From NCBI GenBank assembly GCA_041689205.1, contig JBDNGQ010000209.1, positions 3,842 to 67,841 of the forward strand: 64,000 bases of DNA. Direction: 5' to 3'. The DNA comes from Pseudohongiellaceae bacterium (lineage in GTDB: Bacteria; Pseudomonadota; Gammaproteobacteria; Pseudomonadales; Pseudohongiellaceae). The position numbers and the translations under genes are program-made. Below are positions 1-10,835 of this stretch, piece after piece. The first letter of the stretch is position 1, and the number at the start of each line of letters is the position of its first letter. The notes beneath the pieces were generated by a model. It saw only the letters and a list, made by a program, of their open reading frames with translations. It had not been told where the DNA came from and did no database searches.

Positions 1-184
1 AAAATGCGGCTACAATAGCTATCCCGCCCCCGGTTGGGGTGGGTATCCGATGGGAACTGCGCCCAATGGGATGGTCAAGAACACTTCTTGAAAGAGCAAT
101 TTTACGTATCAATCCAGTTCCAAATACCGAAATAACTAATACAGGGATCAATACAATGATAATGTCCTGGGATAACTCCTGCAT
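1..184 (-). CDS. Glycosyltransferase family 4 (WecA/WbpL/MraY-like sugar-phosphate transferase), N-terminal fragment running off the window
   Basis: Manual translation of the minus strand from ATG at 184: MQELSQDIIIVLIPVLVISVFGTGLIRKIALSRSVLDHPIGRSSHRIPTPTGGGIAIVAAF. It has an N-terminal TM helix and then the D-x-P-x-x-R-S-x-H-x-x-PTP-x-GGG motif typical of this family. It is not in the ORF track because it is truncated by the window edge. Confidence 0.6.
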   Translation of the reverse strand, partial: MQELSQDIIIVLIPVLVISVFGTGLIRKIALSRSVLDHPIGRSSHRIPTPTGGGIAIVAAF

Positions 185-217
185 CTGCCTTCCTGATCAA
201 TGATGTAACAAAATAAT

Positions 218-248
218 ACGCCCCATCAAATAAAATTTGATGGGGCGT
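218..248 (-). terminator. Stem-loop terminator downstream of comEA, possibly bidirectional
   Basis: Perfect 13-bp inverted repeat ACGCCCCATCAAA / TTTGATGGGGCGT with a 5-nt loop. It has A/T-rich runs on both sides (ATTATTTT) and lies 38 nt after the comEA stop. Confidence 0.6.
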
Positions 249-285
249 ATTATTTTACCGCAATTTTACTTTTAAACTACCCGGG

Positions 286-594
286 CTATTTTGCCTTGAC
301 GACAATCCTGTCCCGGTTACGTTCAATGGTCGCCTTCCCAATTCCTTTCACTTCCATCAATTCGTCCACACTTTTGAAATCACCGTTTTTTTCGCGGTGA
401 GCGACGATCTCTTTGGCCTTTTCAGCACCAACACCATCCAACGCCAACGCAAGAGTAGCAGCATCCGCTGAATTAACGTCTACTTGTATTTTTGGCGCAT
501 CCGGATTCACCGGTGGCTCAGCAGCATTTGCCAGAGGTATAAACAACAAAGTTATAGAGAGGAGCAATGTTTTGAGCAAAGCGTATTTTTTCAT
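286..594 (-). CDS. comEA: ComEA-family helix-hairpin-helix DNA-binding protein (periplasmic)
   Basis: 102 aa with a signal peptide (MKKYALLKTLLLSITLLFIPLANA) and two HhH motifs (LDGVGAEKAKEIV, VKGIGKATIE). Confidence 0.8.
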   Translation of the reverse strand: MKKYALLKTLLLSITLLFIPLANAAEPPVNPDAPKIQVDVNSADAATLALALDGVGAEKAKEIVAHREKNGDFKSVDELMEVKGIGKATIERNRDRIVVKAK

Positions 595-686
595 AGTTTA
601 AATCCCTTTACTATTTATCAGAACGTCCATGTAGCTGATCGTCGACACCGTATTCGCCAGATTCAGAACGAGGTCTCAGAACAGAA

Positions 687-702
687 GCAGCAGCCCTGCT
701 GC
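687..702 (-). terminator. Candidate terminator hairpin after pyrF
   Basis: GCAGCAGCCCTGCTGC inverted repeat 11 nt after the pyrF stop. On the minus strand it is followed by TTCTGTTCTG. Confidence 0.4.
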
Positions 703-712
703 ATTACTAACT

Positions 713-1435
713 TTAGCAAAGATTTGAAAACGCGCCAGTAATCTGTTCCTGAATTTCAATCAAACGTTCACCCGGCCGCCGTGCCTGCGTGATGGGTCGC
801 CCGATGACGAGGTAGCTACTGCCAGCCAACAAAGCATCGCGAGGGGTAACTACACGTTTCTGATCCTGACTTGGCGCCCCCTCCGGACGAATACCTGGCG
901 TAACCAGAACAAAGTCATCTCGCAACAGCTTCCGCAACTCTGAAGTCTCCTCTGCTGAGCATACCACCCCGTCCATGCCGGATTCCGAGGCGAGGGCGGA
1001 CAGACGTAAAACCTGTTCTAAAACAGTTCGCTCGATACCTATAGCAGCGAGATCTTCCTGCTGCATACTGGTTAAAACAGTAACAGCAATTAGCAAGGGC
1101 CGTTTATCCCGGTCAGTTAATGCAGCGCGCGCTGCGCGCATCATTTCCGCCCCGCCTGATGCATGCATATTTACCATCCATACACCCAGATCAGCAGCAG
1201 CACACACTGCTTTTGCTACCGTACTCGGAATGTCATGAAATTTAAGATCGAGGAAAACATCATAGCCACGTGCAACAATCTGCTCAACGAACTTAGGCCC
1301 AGCGCTTGTGAACAACTCCTTTCCAATTTTTACTCGACAATTTTCCGGCGAGAGTTGTTCCACTAACTCCAATGCATCCTCAGCCTGCGCATAATCGAGT
1401 GCAACAATAATTCTCTTATTATCTCTTATCATCAT
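713..1435 (-). CDS. pyrF: Orotidine 5'-phosphate decarboxylase
   Basis: 240 aa with the IVALD...DLKFHDIP...GG and GRPI motifs of PyrF. Confidence 0.95.
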   Translation of the reverse strand: MMIRDNKRIIVALDYAQAEDALELVEQLSPENCRVKIGKELFTSAGPKFVEQIVARGYDVFLDLKFHDIPSTVAKAVCAAADLGVWMVNMHASGGAEMMRAARAALTDRDKRPLLIAVTVLTSMQQEDLAAIGIERTVLEQVLRLSALASESGMDGVVCSAEETSELRKLLRDDFVLVTPGIRPEGAPSQDQKRVVTPRDALLAGSSYLVIGRPITQARRPGERLIEIQEQITGAFSNLC

Positions 1436-1446
1436 TTCATCCTGAA

Positions 1447-1755
1447 TTAGCGACCCGCTGTTGCTTTTTTTTCTGATGTATTCAAACGCTGAATCCGAGC
1501 CTCTCGTTCCAAAAATTTCGTATTCAGACGCCTGACTTTCAAGCGCGATTTAAACAGGCTTGCCCCTAATATCAAACCACACAGTGCGCCTAGACAAAAG
1601 GCTGCAATTACCCAAACCGAAACCGGTTGCGGCGACAGCACAAGAAAACCAAAGGACAGAGGCACAGCAGTATTATTAATAAGGGAAAAAGCAATGCTGG
1701 TGACGAAGATCAGCAGCAGGAAAAACCAAAGAATTAATCTCAATAATTTTCCCAT
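1447..1755 (-). CDS. lapA: Lipopolysaccharide assembly protein A-like (LapA/YciS, DUF1049) inner-membrane protein
   Basis: 102 aa with two TM helices and then a basic C-terminal tail. It sits immediately upstream of pyrF, as lapA does in other gammaproteobacteria. Confidence 0.7.
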   Translation of the reverse strand: MGKLLRLILWFFLLLIFVTSIAFSLINNTAVPLSFGFLVLSPQPVSVWVIAAFCLGALCGLILGASLFKSRLKVRRLNTKFLEREARIQRLNTSEKKATAGR

Positions 1756-1803
1756 AGGTCGTACCTTAAAAATTACAATTAATCATCATGCAAATCTTCA
1801 ATT

Positions 1804-1840
1804 CGAAAAAAACGGCGATATTCTTTCGAATTCGCCGTTT
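1804..1840 (-). terminator. Rho-independent terminator of ihfB
   Basis: 9-bp stem AAACGGCGA/TCGCCGTTT (1810-1818 / 1832-1840) with an inner ATTC/GAAT stem. On the minus strand it is followed by a run of 7 T. It lies 24 nt after the ihfB stop. Confidence 0.8.
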
Positions 1841-1863
1841 AATTTGTTACTCAGCAAGAAGTT

Positions 1864-2160
1864 TCAGTATTCATGTTCCAGACTCAGATTTACCCTGTCA
1901 CGCAGTTCTTTGCCAGGTTTGAAATGAGGCACGTATTTGCCACTTAATGCTACCGGACTCCCAGTCTTTGGATTTCGGCCGACGCGTGGAATACGGTAAT
2001 GCAAAGAAAAACTGCCAAACCCGCGTATTTCAATCCTGCCACCATCTGACAAAACCTGGGACATATATTCAATAATTGCCTTTACTGCAAACTCAACATC
2101 CTTAGAGGAAAGCTGTGTCTGTTTTCCTGCAATTCGATCAATAAGTTCAGATTTCGTCAT
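1864..2160 (-). CDS. ihfB: Integration host factor subunit beta
   Basis: 98 aa: [11 protein letters not shown]...[42 protein letters not shown]. Confidence 0.95.
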   Translation of the reverse strand: MTKSELIDRIAGKQTQLSSKDVEFAVKAIIEYMSQVLSDGGRIEIRGFGSFSLHYRIPRVGRNPKTGSPVALSGKYVPHFKPGKELRDRVNLSLEHEY

Positions 2161-2203
2161 GGCTTGTTCCTGATTCCGTGTAAATACTGAAACGACTCTC
2201 AGC

Positions 2204-3880
2204 TTACTTCTTATCCATCTGTGCTTTAATCAAGTCACCGATAGTAGTTGGGCCGGTTGATGGGGCTTCCTGATTGCGATGATCCTGGATTGCTGATTTT
2301 TCATCATCAATTTCCATGGCCTTCACTGATAATCCCAGTACTCGGCTTTTACGATCAACGCTGATCACTTTAGCTTCAACTTCATCGCCTACTTTTAAAA
2401 CGTTCCTCGCGTCTTCCACTTTATCGCGACTGATTTCAGACGCGCGCAGAACACCTTCAACGCCTTCTTTTAATGCAATATTGGCAGATTTAGCGTCAAC
2501 TTCTGTTACAACACCTTTGACGATACTGCCTTTCTCGAATTCGCCGACGTAGCTTACAAACGGATCATCAGAGAGTTGCTTAATTCCAAGCGATATACGC
2601 TCGCGCTCAGGATCGATGGACAGAATAACTGTCTCGATTTCATCGCCCTTCTTGTATGCACGAACAGCTTCTTCACCAGTCTCATCCCATGAAATATCTG
2701 ACAGATGTACCAAGCCATCGATGTTGCCATCCAGTCCAATGAAAATACCAAAGTCGGTAATGGATTTGATGCTGCCGCTGATTTTATCGCCCTTCTTGAA
2801 GGACTCAGCAAAACGATCCCATGGATTCTGGTAGCATTGCTTGATACCCAGAGATATACGACGACGTTCTTCGTCGATGTCCAGAATCATAACCTCAACC
2901 TCATCGCCCAGTTGTACGATTTTGGATGGGTGAACATTCTTGTTAGTCCAATCCATTTCTGACACGTGCACCAGACCTTCAACGCCCTCTTCCAACTCTG
3001 CAAAGCAACCGTAGTCAGTAAGGTTAGTAACAGTTGCTTTAACTTTAGTGTTTTCAGGATAACGAGCTTTGATTGCAACCCATGGATCTTCGCCGAGCTG
3101 TTTCAGGCCCAACGATACACGATTACGCTCGCGGTCGTATTTCAGGATTTTTACGTTGATTTCATCGCCAACATTTACGATCTCGCTTGGGTGTTTAATG
3201 CGCTTCCAGGACATGTCAGTGATGTGTAACAAGCCATCAACTCCACCCAGATCAACGAAGGCACCGTAATCCGTAAGGTTTTTAACCACACCCTTAACTG
3301 CCATGCCTTCCTGCAACTGTGCCAGCAATTCATCACGCTCTTCAGTGCTTACTGCTTCCAGAACGGCACGTCGTGAAACAACCACATTATTACGCTTCTG
3401 ATCCAATTTGATCAGTTTAAACTCAAGTTCCTGGCCTTCGAGGTGAGTTGTATCGCGGATAGGACGTACATCGACCAATGATCCAGGCAGGAATGCACGG
3501 ATGTTATTGAGATCAACCGTAAAGCCGCCTTTGACTTTGCCATTGATAACACCCATAACAACTTCATTCTTTTCGAAAGCTTCTTCCAGGTCCATCCAGG
3601 ATTCTGCGCGTCTTGCTTTCTCTCGGGACAGACGGGTTTCGCCGAAACCGTCTTCCACTGCTTCCAGAGCAACTTTTACTCTATCGCCTATATTTAATGA
3701 AAAAACACCATTGTCATCCAGAAACTGAACGCGCGGTATAACACCCTCTGATTTCAATCCGGCGTGGATGGTTACCCAATCCGAGTCGATGTCAATAACA
3801 GTGCCTGTAACAATGGCACCAGGGGTCATGTCTACGTCTTTTAGACTCTGTTCGAATAATTCAGCAAAACTTTCGCTCAT
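2204..3880 (-). CDS. rpsA: 30S ribosomal protein S1
   Basis: 558 aa with six S1 repeats, starting [13 protein letters not shown]. It follows the conserved cmk-rpsA-ihfB order. Confidence 0.97.
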   Translation of the reverse strand: MSESFAELFEQSLKDVDMTPGAIVTGTVIDIDSDWVTIHAGLKSEGVIPRVQFLDDNGVFSLNIGDRVKVALEAVEDGFGETRLSREKARRAESWMDLEEAFEKNEVVMGVINGKVKGGFTVDLNNIRAFLPGSLVDVRPIRDTTHLEGQELEFKLIKLDQKRNNVVVSRRAVLEAVSTEERDELLAQLQEGMAVKGVVKNLTDYGAFVDLGGVDGLLHITDMSWKRIKHPSEIVNVGDEINVKILKYDRERNRVSLGLKQLGEDPWVAIKARYPENTKVKATVTNLTDYGCFAELEEGVEGLVHVSEMDWTNKNVHPSKIVQLGDEVEVMILDIDEERRRISLGIKQCYQNPWDRFAESFKKGDKISGSIKSITDFGIFIGLDGNIDGLVHLSDISWDETGEEAVRAYKKGDEIETVILSIDPERERISLGIKQLSDDPFVSYVGEFEKGSIVKGVVTEVDAKSANIALKEGVEGVLRASEISRDKVEDARNVLKVGDEVEAKVISVDRKSRVLGLSVKAMEIDDEKSAIQDHRNQEAPSTGPTTIGDLIKAQMDKK

Positions 3881-4079
3881 GTGTATTCCTATAAAATTAA
3901 TGGGTCATATTCCCCGTTTCTGACACCAGCCGGTCGCAGCAAATAGTGCCTGCTCACACCGAAGGGATTACCGAAGGGGAGATATAACTTTACTTAACCG
4001 CACTCCAGCTCGTACGGGCCAGTTACTAACACCTGTGTGACGAATAATTGCTGGTACTTCGCTGCACAGGACTTGCTCT

Positions 4080-4775
4080 TCAGTCGTGCAGATTCATGAT
4101 CTGCTCAACTACCTGATCAATAGTAAGATCAGTGGTATCAATAATTATTGCATCTTCCGCAGGACGCAGAGGCGACAAAGTACGGGAGGTATCGCGCTCG
4201 TCACGGGTCTGTATGTCCTTCAAAAGGTCGCAGAGGATAACATCAATACCCTTTGCAATCAACTGCTTATATCGTCTCTGCGCACGCTCATCTGCACTTG
4301 CTGTCAGGAACACTTTTAGAGTTGCGTCAGGGAACACAACCGTACCCATATCGCGCCCATCCGCCACGAGGCCAGGAAGTTGCCGGAAAGCCTTCTGTCT
4401 GGCCAGCAGTGCCTCGCGTACAACACCATGAACTGCGATTTCTGACGCCAGGACGCCACATTCTTCGCTGCGTATAGCTGACGACACCTGGTCGCCATCT
4501 AACCAGATTTCAGGAGCATCAATTTCGTTAGCACTTTGAACACTGGAAGTAACACTGAAAGCCACTTTCATCCTTGTGGCAATATTAACCAACGCCTGCT
4601 CATCAGTGCCCTCTACCTCCTGTCGCAAAGCCGCAAGAGCCAGCAGTCGATACATGGCTCCGCTGTCAAGATAATGCCACCCTAGACGTGCCGCAATTAA
4701 TGTACTGATTGTGCCTTTTCCTGCGCCACCGGGGCCATCAATTGTTATCACGGGGGCCTCTAAAGAGGGTTTCAT
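4080..4775 (-). CDS. cmk: Cytidylate kinase
   Basis: 231 aa with the P-loop ITIDGPGGAGKGT and a Cmk-type core. Its start overlaps the aroA stop by 4 nt. Confidence 0.95.
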   Translation of the reverse strand: MKPSLEAPVITIDGPGGAGKGTISTLIAARLGWHYLDSGAMYRLLALAALRQEVEGTDEQALVNIATRMKVAFSVTSSVQSANEIDAPEIWLDGDQVSSAIRSEECGVLASEIAVHGVVREALLARQKAFRQLPGLVADGRDMGTVVFPDATLKVFLTASADERAQRRYKQLIAKGIDVILCDLLKDIQTRDERDTSRTLSPLRPAEDAIIIDTTDLTIDQVVEQIMNLHD

Positions 4776-7069
4776 TGCGCTTCAACCTGCTCTACTGTAA
4801 TTCCCACAGTCTGCGCAAGCGTTACAAATCCTGGGAACGAGGTTGCAACATTGGCGCAATCGCGAATGCGGATTATGTCGCTGGACTGCAGTGAAGCCAC
4901 TGTAAACGCCATAGCTATGCGGTGGTCACCATAACTATCCACCTCGCCGCCACCCATTTGCCCGCCTTGAATCCGAATACCGTCAGGGAAGGTTTCAGTG
5001 CGTATGCCCAAAGTTTTTAATCCGTCAGCCATTGCTTGAATACGGTCGGTCTCCTTAACACGTAATTCTTCTGCTCCACGCAGCACGGTAGTTCCCTTCG
5101 CACACGCGGCAGCAATAAAGAACACAGGAAATTCGTCGATTGCCAGCGGAATCTGATCCTCCGGCACGTCTATGCCGCGCAATGGTGCGTATCGAACTTC
5201 TATATCAGCAACAGGCTCTCCGCCTGCCAGACGCTGATTGGATAAACTGATATCGGCACCCATCGCTTGCAATAAATTGATGATGCCAGTTCTGGTCGGA
5301 TTAACTCCGACGTGCAACAGTCGCAGGGATGCTCCGGGAGTTATAGCCGCTGCGACTATAAAAAATGCCGCTGAAGATATATCAGCTGGAACATCTATTG
5401 CGCATGCCTGTAAATCCAGTCCGCCATAAACTTTGGTCTCACGACCGTCTTTGCTACGCTGGATGGGATATGAAAAACCCGCCAGCATACGTTCGGTGTG
5501 ATCTCGGCAGGGAGCAGGTTCAGTAATTGTTGTTTCTCCATCGGCATAGAGAGCGGCAAGCATAATGCATGACTTTACCTGGGCACTAGCCATTGGCATG
5601 ACATAATCGATTCCATGTAATTGCCTGCCATCAATTTTTATCGGCGGCGTCCCTGCGGCAGTGGTATGCACCGCAGCACCCATCAGACGAAGAGGATGAG
5701 CCACTCTGTTCATAGGACGCACCGTAAGCGACCCATCACCATGCAATTCAGAACTAAAACTCTGAGCTGCCAGCAGGCCGCATAGCAATCTCATCGCAGT
5801 ACCTGAATTACCTAAGTAAAGTGGCTTCACTGGCGCAGAAAGACCATGCTTTCCGACTCCATAAATCGTCAGTTTACCCTGCTCGGGACCTACGATAAGC
5901 ACGCCCAAATCACGAAATGCCTGCAGGGTATGCAGAGCATCTTCTCCTTCCAGAAAGCCACTTACGGTGGTTACACCTTCGGCAATTGCACCAAAAATGA
6001 TAGACCTGTGTGAAATCGACTTATCGCCAGGAACGCGGATTTCTCCACGTACCTGGCCCCCAGGACGGGCGACATAATCCATAACTGGTTTTTCCTGAAG
6101 ATGATTGTTTTCTGGCACCGGGATTGGTGTATCCGTTTTGACATTTCCGGGCGAGTGATTTAATACCCGATTTTTTGTTTCTGCAAATTTATTACTGAAC
6201 TGATCACGCGCGGCTTTAGCCTGACGAAACTCTGCAGTCATAGTGCGCCCATCAGCATCCAGCAGCATTTTTCGCATCCGCGCCAGATCTGACGTATAGG
6301 CGTCCAGAATCCTGACAGTAGCTGCCTTATTAGCGAGGAAAATATCTCTCCACATGACCGGATCGCTGGAAGCGATGCGGGTAAAGTCGGCAAAACCACC
6401 TGCAGCATAATCAAAAATCTGCTGCACCTGCTCTGGGTGTCCGCCGTGCTGAATCAAAGTGTTGACTAAGGTGTATGCCAGCAGGTGGGGAAGATGACTG
6501 GTTGCTGCAAGCACTTCATCATGTCGCGCCACGCTCATGCCATGAACCTCGGCACCGGTACTGCGCCACAACTGCGTAATTGTCTGTACGGCCAGCGGAT
6601 CACTGCCTGCAAAAGGCGTCAATACTACTTTGCGATTCTGGAAAAGTTGAGGCTGCGAGGCGACATATCCGCTCTGCTCTGACCCTGCTACCGGGTGTCC
6701 AGGAATAAACTTCTGATCCGAGCCTGCAAATACCTCAATGAAATCCGCAACTACATTGCCCTTCACACTGGCCGCATCAGTAATGATACTGCCCGCCTTC
6801 AGTAATGGTCGGAGCTGAAGGAATATCTGCTTTAAAGTCAATGTCGGCACTGCGAGCAAAATAATATCTGCAGTTGGTACCACTTCTTTTAGATCGGTGG
6901 ACCATGCGTCAATACTTCCATCTGCCTTTGCTATCTGCAACGGTCGAGGATCCCGGCCGCAGGCAAGCACCTTATGACAGACATTTGTCTGCTTCAAGCT
7001 TCGAGCAAGCGATCCGCCAATCAGACCGAGTCCTACAATCAGGACAGTTTTGTCATGCAAAAGATTCAT
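4772..7069 (-). CDS. aroA: Bifunctional prephenate/arogenate dehydrogenase (TyrA) and 3-phosphoshikimate 1-carboxyvinyltransferase (AroA)
   Basis: 765 aa. The N-terminal ~290 aa carry a Rossmann motif (VGLGLIGGSLA) and a TyrA core. The C-terminal ~430 aa form an EPSP synthase (PGDKSISHR, LGNSGTAMR). The same fusion is known in pseudomonads. Confidence 0.92.
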   Translation of the reverse strand: MNLLHDKTVLIVGLGLIGGSLARSLKQTNVCHKVLACGRDPRPLQIAKADGSIDAWSTDLKEVVPTADIILLAVPTLTLKQIFLQLRPLLKAGSIITDAASVKGNVVADFIEVFAGSDQKFIPGHPVAGSEQSGYVASQPQLFQNRKVVLTPFAGSDPLAVQTITQLWRSTGAEVHGMSVARHDEVLAATSHLPHLLAYTLVNTLIQHGGHPEQVQQIFDYAAGGFADFTRIASSDPVMWRDIFLANKAATVRILDAYTSDLARMRKMLLDADGRTMTAEFRQAKAARDQFSNKFAETKNRVLNHSPGNVKTDTPIPVPENNHLQEKPVMDYVARPGGQVRGEIRVPGDKSISHRSIIFGAIAEGVTTVSGFLEGEDALHTLQAFRDLGVLIVGPEQGKLTIYGVGKHGLSAPVKPLYLGNSGTAMRLLCGLLAAQSFSSELHGDGSLTVRPMNRVAHPLRLMGAAVHTTAAGTPPIKIDGRQLHGIDYVMPMASAQVKSCIMLAALYADGETTITEPAPCRDHTERMLAGFSYPIQRSKDGRETKVYGGLDLQACAIDVPADISSAAFFIVAAAITPGASLRLLHVGVNPTRTGIINLLQAMGADISLSNQRLAGGEPVADIEVRYAPLRGIDVPEDQIPLAIDEFPVFFIAAACAKGTTVLRGAEELRVKETDRIQAMADGLKTLGIRTETFPDGIRIQGGQMGGGEVDSYGDHRIAMAFTVASLQSSDIIRIRDCANVATSFPGFVTLAQTVGITVEQVEAQ

Positions 7070-7914
7070 TGACCACTAGCCATTGGATAAGAACCAAGGT
7101 TTCTAATTTTGACCGCCCGATCCTCTAGCTGCAAAAACACATTTTTAACTGCAGGTTCGTTGATACTGCCTTCGAAATCAATAAAAAACACATAAGCCCA
7201 CATATCATCACGCGCGGGTCTTGTTTCGATTTTAGTGAGACTGACCTGATACTTCTCAAACGGTTCGAGCACGCGAAAAAGCGCCCCAGGTTTGTTCTCA
7301 GTGTAAACAAGTATTGATGTTTTAGCTTTGCCCGCTGGAATTATCGTGTTTCGAGCTAACACCAGAAAGCGTGTCGAATTATCACGTCTATCCTGAATAT
7401 TTCTGGCGTGAATAAACAAACCATAATTTGTTGCAGCAATTTCGCTGGCGATAGCAGCAGTATGAATATCTTCGGCAGCAAGTCGGGCGGCCTCCGCGTT
7501 GCTGCTGACTTCCTGAAGCAGGATGCCCGGCCAGTTAAGTTTCAACCAGGCTCGACACTGCGCCAATGATTGTCGATGTGACACAACACGCTTTATTCCA
7601 GAAAGTGCCGCTGCATTCTGCAACAGGAAATTATGTTTAATAGCGATGACAACTTCAGCGACAATACTCAGAGAGGTGTCCATCAAACAATCCTGTGTAT
7701 AGTTCACCGCGCCTTCAGTTGAATTCTCGACTGGTACGACACCATAGCAGGCCTGCATTTTCTCTACGGCGAGAAATACGTCATCGATACTGGCCATACT
7801 CAACTTGTCTGCATTTGCACCAAAATGTTTGTCAACTGCAGCCTGAGAAAAAGTACCTGCTGGACCGAGAAACGCAACTTTTGCGCATTTTACAGTCGAA
7901 CCGGGCTCAATCAT
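7066..7914 (-). CDS. pheA: Prephenate dehydratase (PDT + ACT domains only, no chorismate mutase domain)
   Basis: The track ORF extends to 8001 but overlaps the gyrA 3' end. I prefer the ATG at 7914 ([23 protein letters not shown]). The TRF and ESRP-like (ETRPA) motifs and a C-terminal ACT domain are present. Confidence 0.85.
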   Translation of the reverse strand: MIEPGSTVKCAKVAFLGPAGTFSQAAVDKHFGANADKLSMASIDDVFLAVEKMQACYGVVPVENSTEGAVNYTQDCLMDTSLSIVAEVVIAIKHNFLLQNAAALSGIKRVVSHRQSLAQCRAWLKLNWPGILLQEVSSNAEAARLAAEDIHTAAIASEIAATNYGLFIHARNIQDRRDNSTRFLVLARNTIIPAGKAKTSILVYTENKPGALFRVLEPFEKYQVSLTKIETRPARDDMWAYVFFIDFEGSINEPAVKNVFLQLEDRAVKIRNLGSYPMASGQ

Positions 7915-10585
7915 CCTGAGCCTCGGTGTCGTCACCCCCCACAGATTCATCCTGAGATGTGGCGCTATCGTCTGGCAGCTCAGTTGCGTCGTCAAACTCA
8001 ACTGCAGGATTCACTGAATTTTCAGCATCGGTATCATCATCGGGAAACTCTATTTCTGCCGGCTCAGCAACCTGTTCCAGCCCAACCAGTTTTTCATCCT
8101 TTTTGAGTTTAATCAGGCGCACGCCCTGTGTATTACGACTAAGCACCGAAACCTCATCGACGCGAGTCCTGACCAGTGTGCCACGATCTGAAATCATCAT
8201 AATTTCATCACCGTCAAACACCTGTACCGCACCAACCAGATTGCCATTGCGTTCACTGCACTGCATACCAATAACACCTTGGCCGCCTCGTCCGTAAACT
8301 GGGAAGCCTTCAGTATTCGTGCGTTTTCCATAGCCATTCTCACTGACTGTAAGAACCTGTTTTCCTACCTCGGGAATGATCAAAGAAATCATGGTGTGTC
8401 CACCAATTAATCTAATACCCCTGACCCCTCTTGCCGTCCGACCCATTGCACGCACATCAGATTCTTTGAAACGAATAACTTTTCCGCTACTGCTGAACAG
8501 CATAATGTTCTGCTGACCATCCGTGAGCGCAGTTCCTATCAAAGTATCATTTTCATCCAGCTCTATAGCTCGTAAACCAACGCTGCGCTGACGGGAGAAA
8601 TTGGTCAGAGGCGTCTTCTTAACGGTGCCCTGGGTAGTAGCCATAAACACATACTGATCTTCACGATATTCCCTTACCGGAAGCATACTGGTAATACGCT
8701 CACCGTCTTCCAAAGGCAGAATATTAACGATTGGTTTACCACGCGAAGTACGACTGGCCAGCGGGATATTAAACACACGCAACCAGTAAACTTTACCAGC
8801 ACTGGTAAAACAAAGCAGAGTGTCGTGGCTACTGGCAATCAACAGGTGTTCAACAGAATCTTCATCTTTTACTGTCGCCGCCGCTTTACCCGTGCCGCCA
8901 CGACGTTGTGCATGATAGTCGGAAAGAAGTTGGGTTTTTGCGTAGCCACCAAGCGAAATCGTTACGACTCGATCTTCTTCAGAAATAAGATCTTCCATGG
9001 TGAGGTCAAGTTGCGAGCTGATAATCTCCGTACGGCGGACATCGCCATAGATTTCCCGAACATTTTTCAGTTCTTCCCGAACTACGGTGAACAAGCGCAC
9101 TTCACTGCCGAGAATGTCCAGGTGATCAGAAATCTGCAGCAGCAGGTCTTTGTAATCATTGATCAGTTTCTCATGCTCAAGTCCAGTTAGACGATGCAAA
9201 CGCAGATCAAGAATTGCCTGAGCCTGAGCGGGTGACAAATAATACTCTTTATCTTTTAATCCATACTCCAATGGCAGTTCTTCAGGACGACAGGCATCAG
9301 CACCGACTTCACCGAGCATCAGTAACACACTATCTGACTCCCACGAACGCGCCAGCAGTTTTTCTTTCGCTTCCCCAGTAGTCGGTGACGCTTTAATAAG
9401 TGCTATGACAGCATCGATATTAGCCAAAGCGACTGCCAGACCTTCAAGAATATGGCCTTTTTCACGTGCTTTGCGCAGCAGATAGGCTGTGCGACGGGTG
9501 ACTACTTCACGCCGATGCCGGATAAAGGATTGCAGTATCTCCTTAAGATTAAGCAGCCGCGGCTGGCCATCCACCAGTGCAACCATATTAATCCCGAACA
9601 CAGACTGCATTTGCGTCTGTGCATAAAGATTATTCAGTATGACTTCACCGACCTCTCCTCTGCGCAGTTCGATTACTACCCGCAGACCATCTTTATCTGA
9701 CTCATCACGTAACTCGGTAATGCCTTCAATTTTCTTTTCCTTAACCAGCTCGGCTATGCGCTCAACCAGTCTCGCCTTATTTAGTTGATAAGGAATTTCC
9801 GTGACGATGATAGTCTGGCGACCAGTTTTCTGATCTTCAATGACTTCGGCGCGCGCACGCATGTAAATACGGCCCCGACCAGTCTTATAAGCTTCAACAA
9901 TTCCCGCGCGTCCATTAATTATGGCTGCAGTCGGGAAATCGGGTCCTTTTATGTACTCCATCAACTCATCAATGGTGATGTCATCGTTATCCAGCAAGGC
10001 AATACAGCCATCAATAACTTCATTGAGATTATGCGGGGGGATATTTGTGGCCATACCCACAGCAATACCTGAGGAACCATTTACCAGAAGATTTGGAATC
10101 TGGGTCGGGAACACATCGGGGATCTGTTCCGTGCCGTCATAATTATCTGAAAAATCAACTGTTTCCTTGTCCAGATCGGCCATCAGGTCATGAGCAATTT
10201 TCGACATGCGGATTTCGGTATAACGCATTGCAGCCGCAGAATCACCATCAATAGAGCCAAAGTTGCCTTGGCCATCTACCAATGGATAACGCAGGGAAAA
10301 CAGTTGCGCCATTCGCACGATAGTGTCATAAACTGCAGAATCACCATGGGGATGGTACTTACCTATTACATCACCCACTATACGTGCGGACTTTTTATAG
10401 GGCTTGTTCCAGTCATTCGACAGCACATTCATCGCAAACAACACGCGCCTGTGCACAGGCTTAAGGCCATCTCGTACATCAGGCAATGCACGTCCTACAA
10501 TTACGCTCATTGCGTATGCCAGATATGATTCTCTCATTTCACTTTCAAGAGAAACCGGTACTACCTGCTTTGTTGTATCAGCCAT
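7907..10585 (-). CDS. gyrA: DNA gyrase subunit A
   Basis: 892 aa with the AAMRYTE active-site Tyr motif, a QRDR region ([10 protein letters not shown]), beta-pinwheel repeats and an acidic C-terminal tail. Confidence 0.98.
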   Translation of the reverse strand: MADTTKQVVPVSLESEMRESYLAYAMSVIVGRALPDVRDGLKPVHRRVLFAMNVLSNDWNKPYKKSARIVGDVIGKYHPHGDSAVYDTIVRMAQLFSLRYPLVDGQGNFGSIDGDSAAAMRYTEIRMSKIAHDLMADLDKETVDFSDNYDGTEQIPDVFPTQIPNLLVNGSSGIAVGMATNIPPHNLNEVIDGCIALLDNDDITIDELMEYIKGPDFPTAAIINGRAGIVEAYKTGRGRIYMRARAEVIEDQKTGRQTIIVTEIPYQLNKARLVERIAELVKEKKIEGITELRDESDKDGLRVVIELRRGEVGEVILNNLYAQTQMQSVFGINMVALVDGQPRLLNLKEILQSFIRHRREVVTRRTAYLLRKAREKGHILEGLAVALANIDAVIALIKASPTTGEAKEKLLARSWESDSVLLMLGEVGADACRPEELPLEYGLKDKEYYLSPAQAQAILDLRLHRLTGLEHEKLINDYKDLLLQISDHLDILGSEVRLFTVVREELKNVREIYGDVRRTEIISSQLDLTMEDLISEEDRVVTISLGGYAKTQLLSDYHAQRRGGTGKAAATVKDEDSVEHLLIASSHDTLLCFTSAGKVYWLRVFNIPLASRTSRGKPIVNILPLEDGERITSMLPVREYREDQYVFMATTQGTVKKTPLTNFSRQRSVGLRAIELDENDTLIGTALTDGQQNIMLFSSSGKVIRFKESDVRAMGRTARGVRGIRLIGGHTMISLIIPEVGKQVLTVSENGYGKRTNTEGFPVYGRGGQGVIGMQCSERNGNLVGAVQVFDGDEIMMISDRGTLVRTRVDEVSVLSRNTQGVRLIKLKKDEKLVGLEQVAEPAEIEFPDDDTDAENSVNPAVEFDDATELPDDSATSQDESVGGDDTEAQDD

Positions 10586-10835
10586 AGAAAACCATCTTCC
10601 TTAGGAAAAATATCCAGCATTTTACGTGCTGCTAAAAACGCGTAATACTATCACAAACTTATCTCTGACCGCACCGTAAACGTGCGCTTGCGCCTGTCTC
10701 ACAGCCTGCTCAGACCCATGCTTAGGAATACCTCTGATTTAAGGCTTTAGAGAGCCTTGTTCAGAGGCGCTATTTTGATAGGGTTTCGCTATAATTCCTG
10801 ACTTTTGCGTCGCCATAAAGCCGCCGCAGCTGGTA

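Noticed and set aside
3881-4079. 199-nt rpsA leader, considered for annotation as the S1 autoregulatory element
   Set aside because: This is plausible by position, but I cannot verify the characteristic AU-rich pseudoknot-like structure by eye, so I did not call it as a feature.
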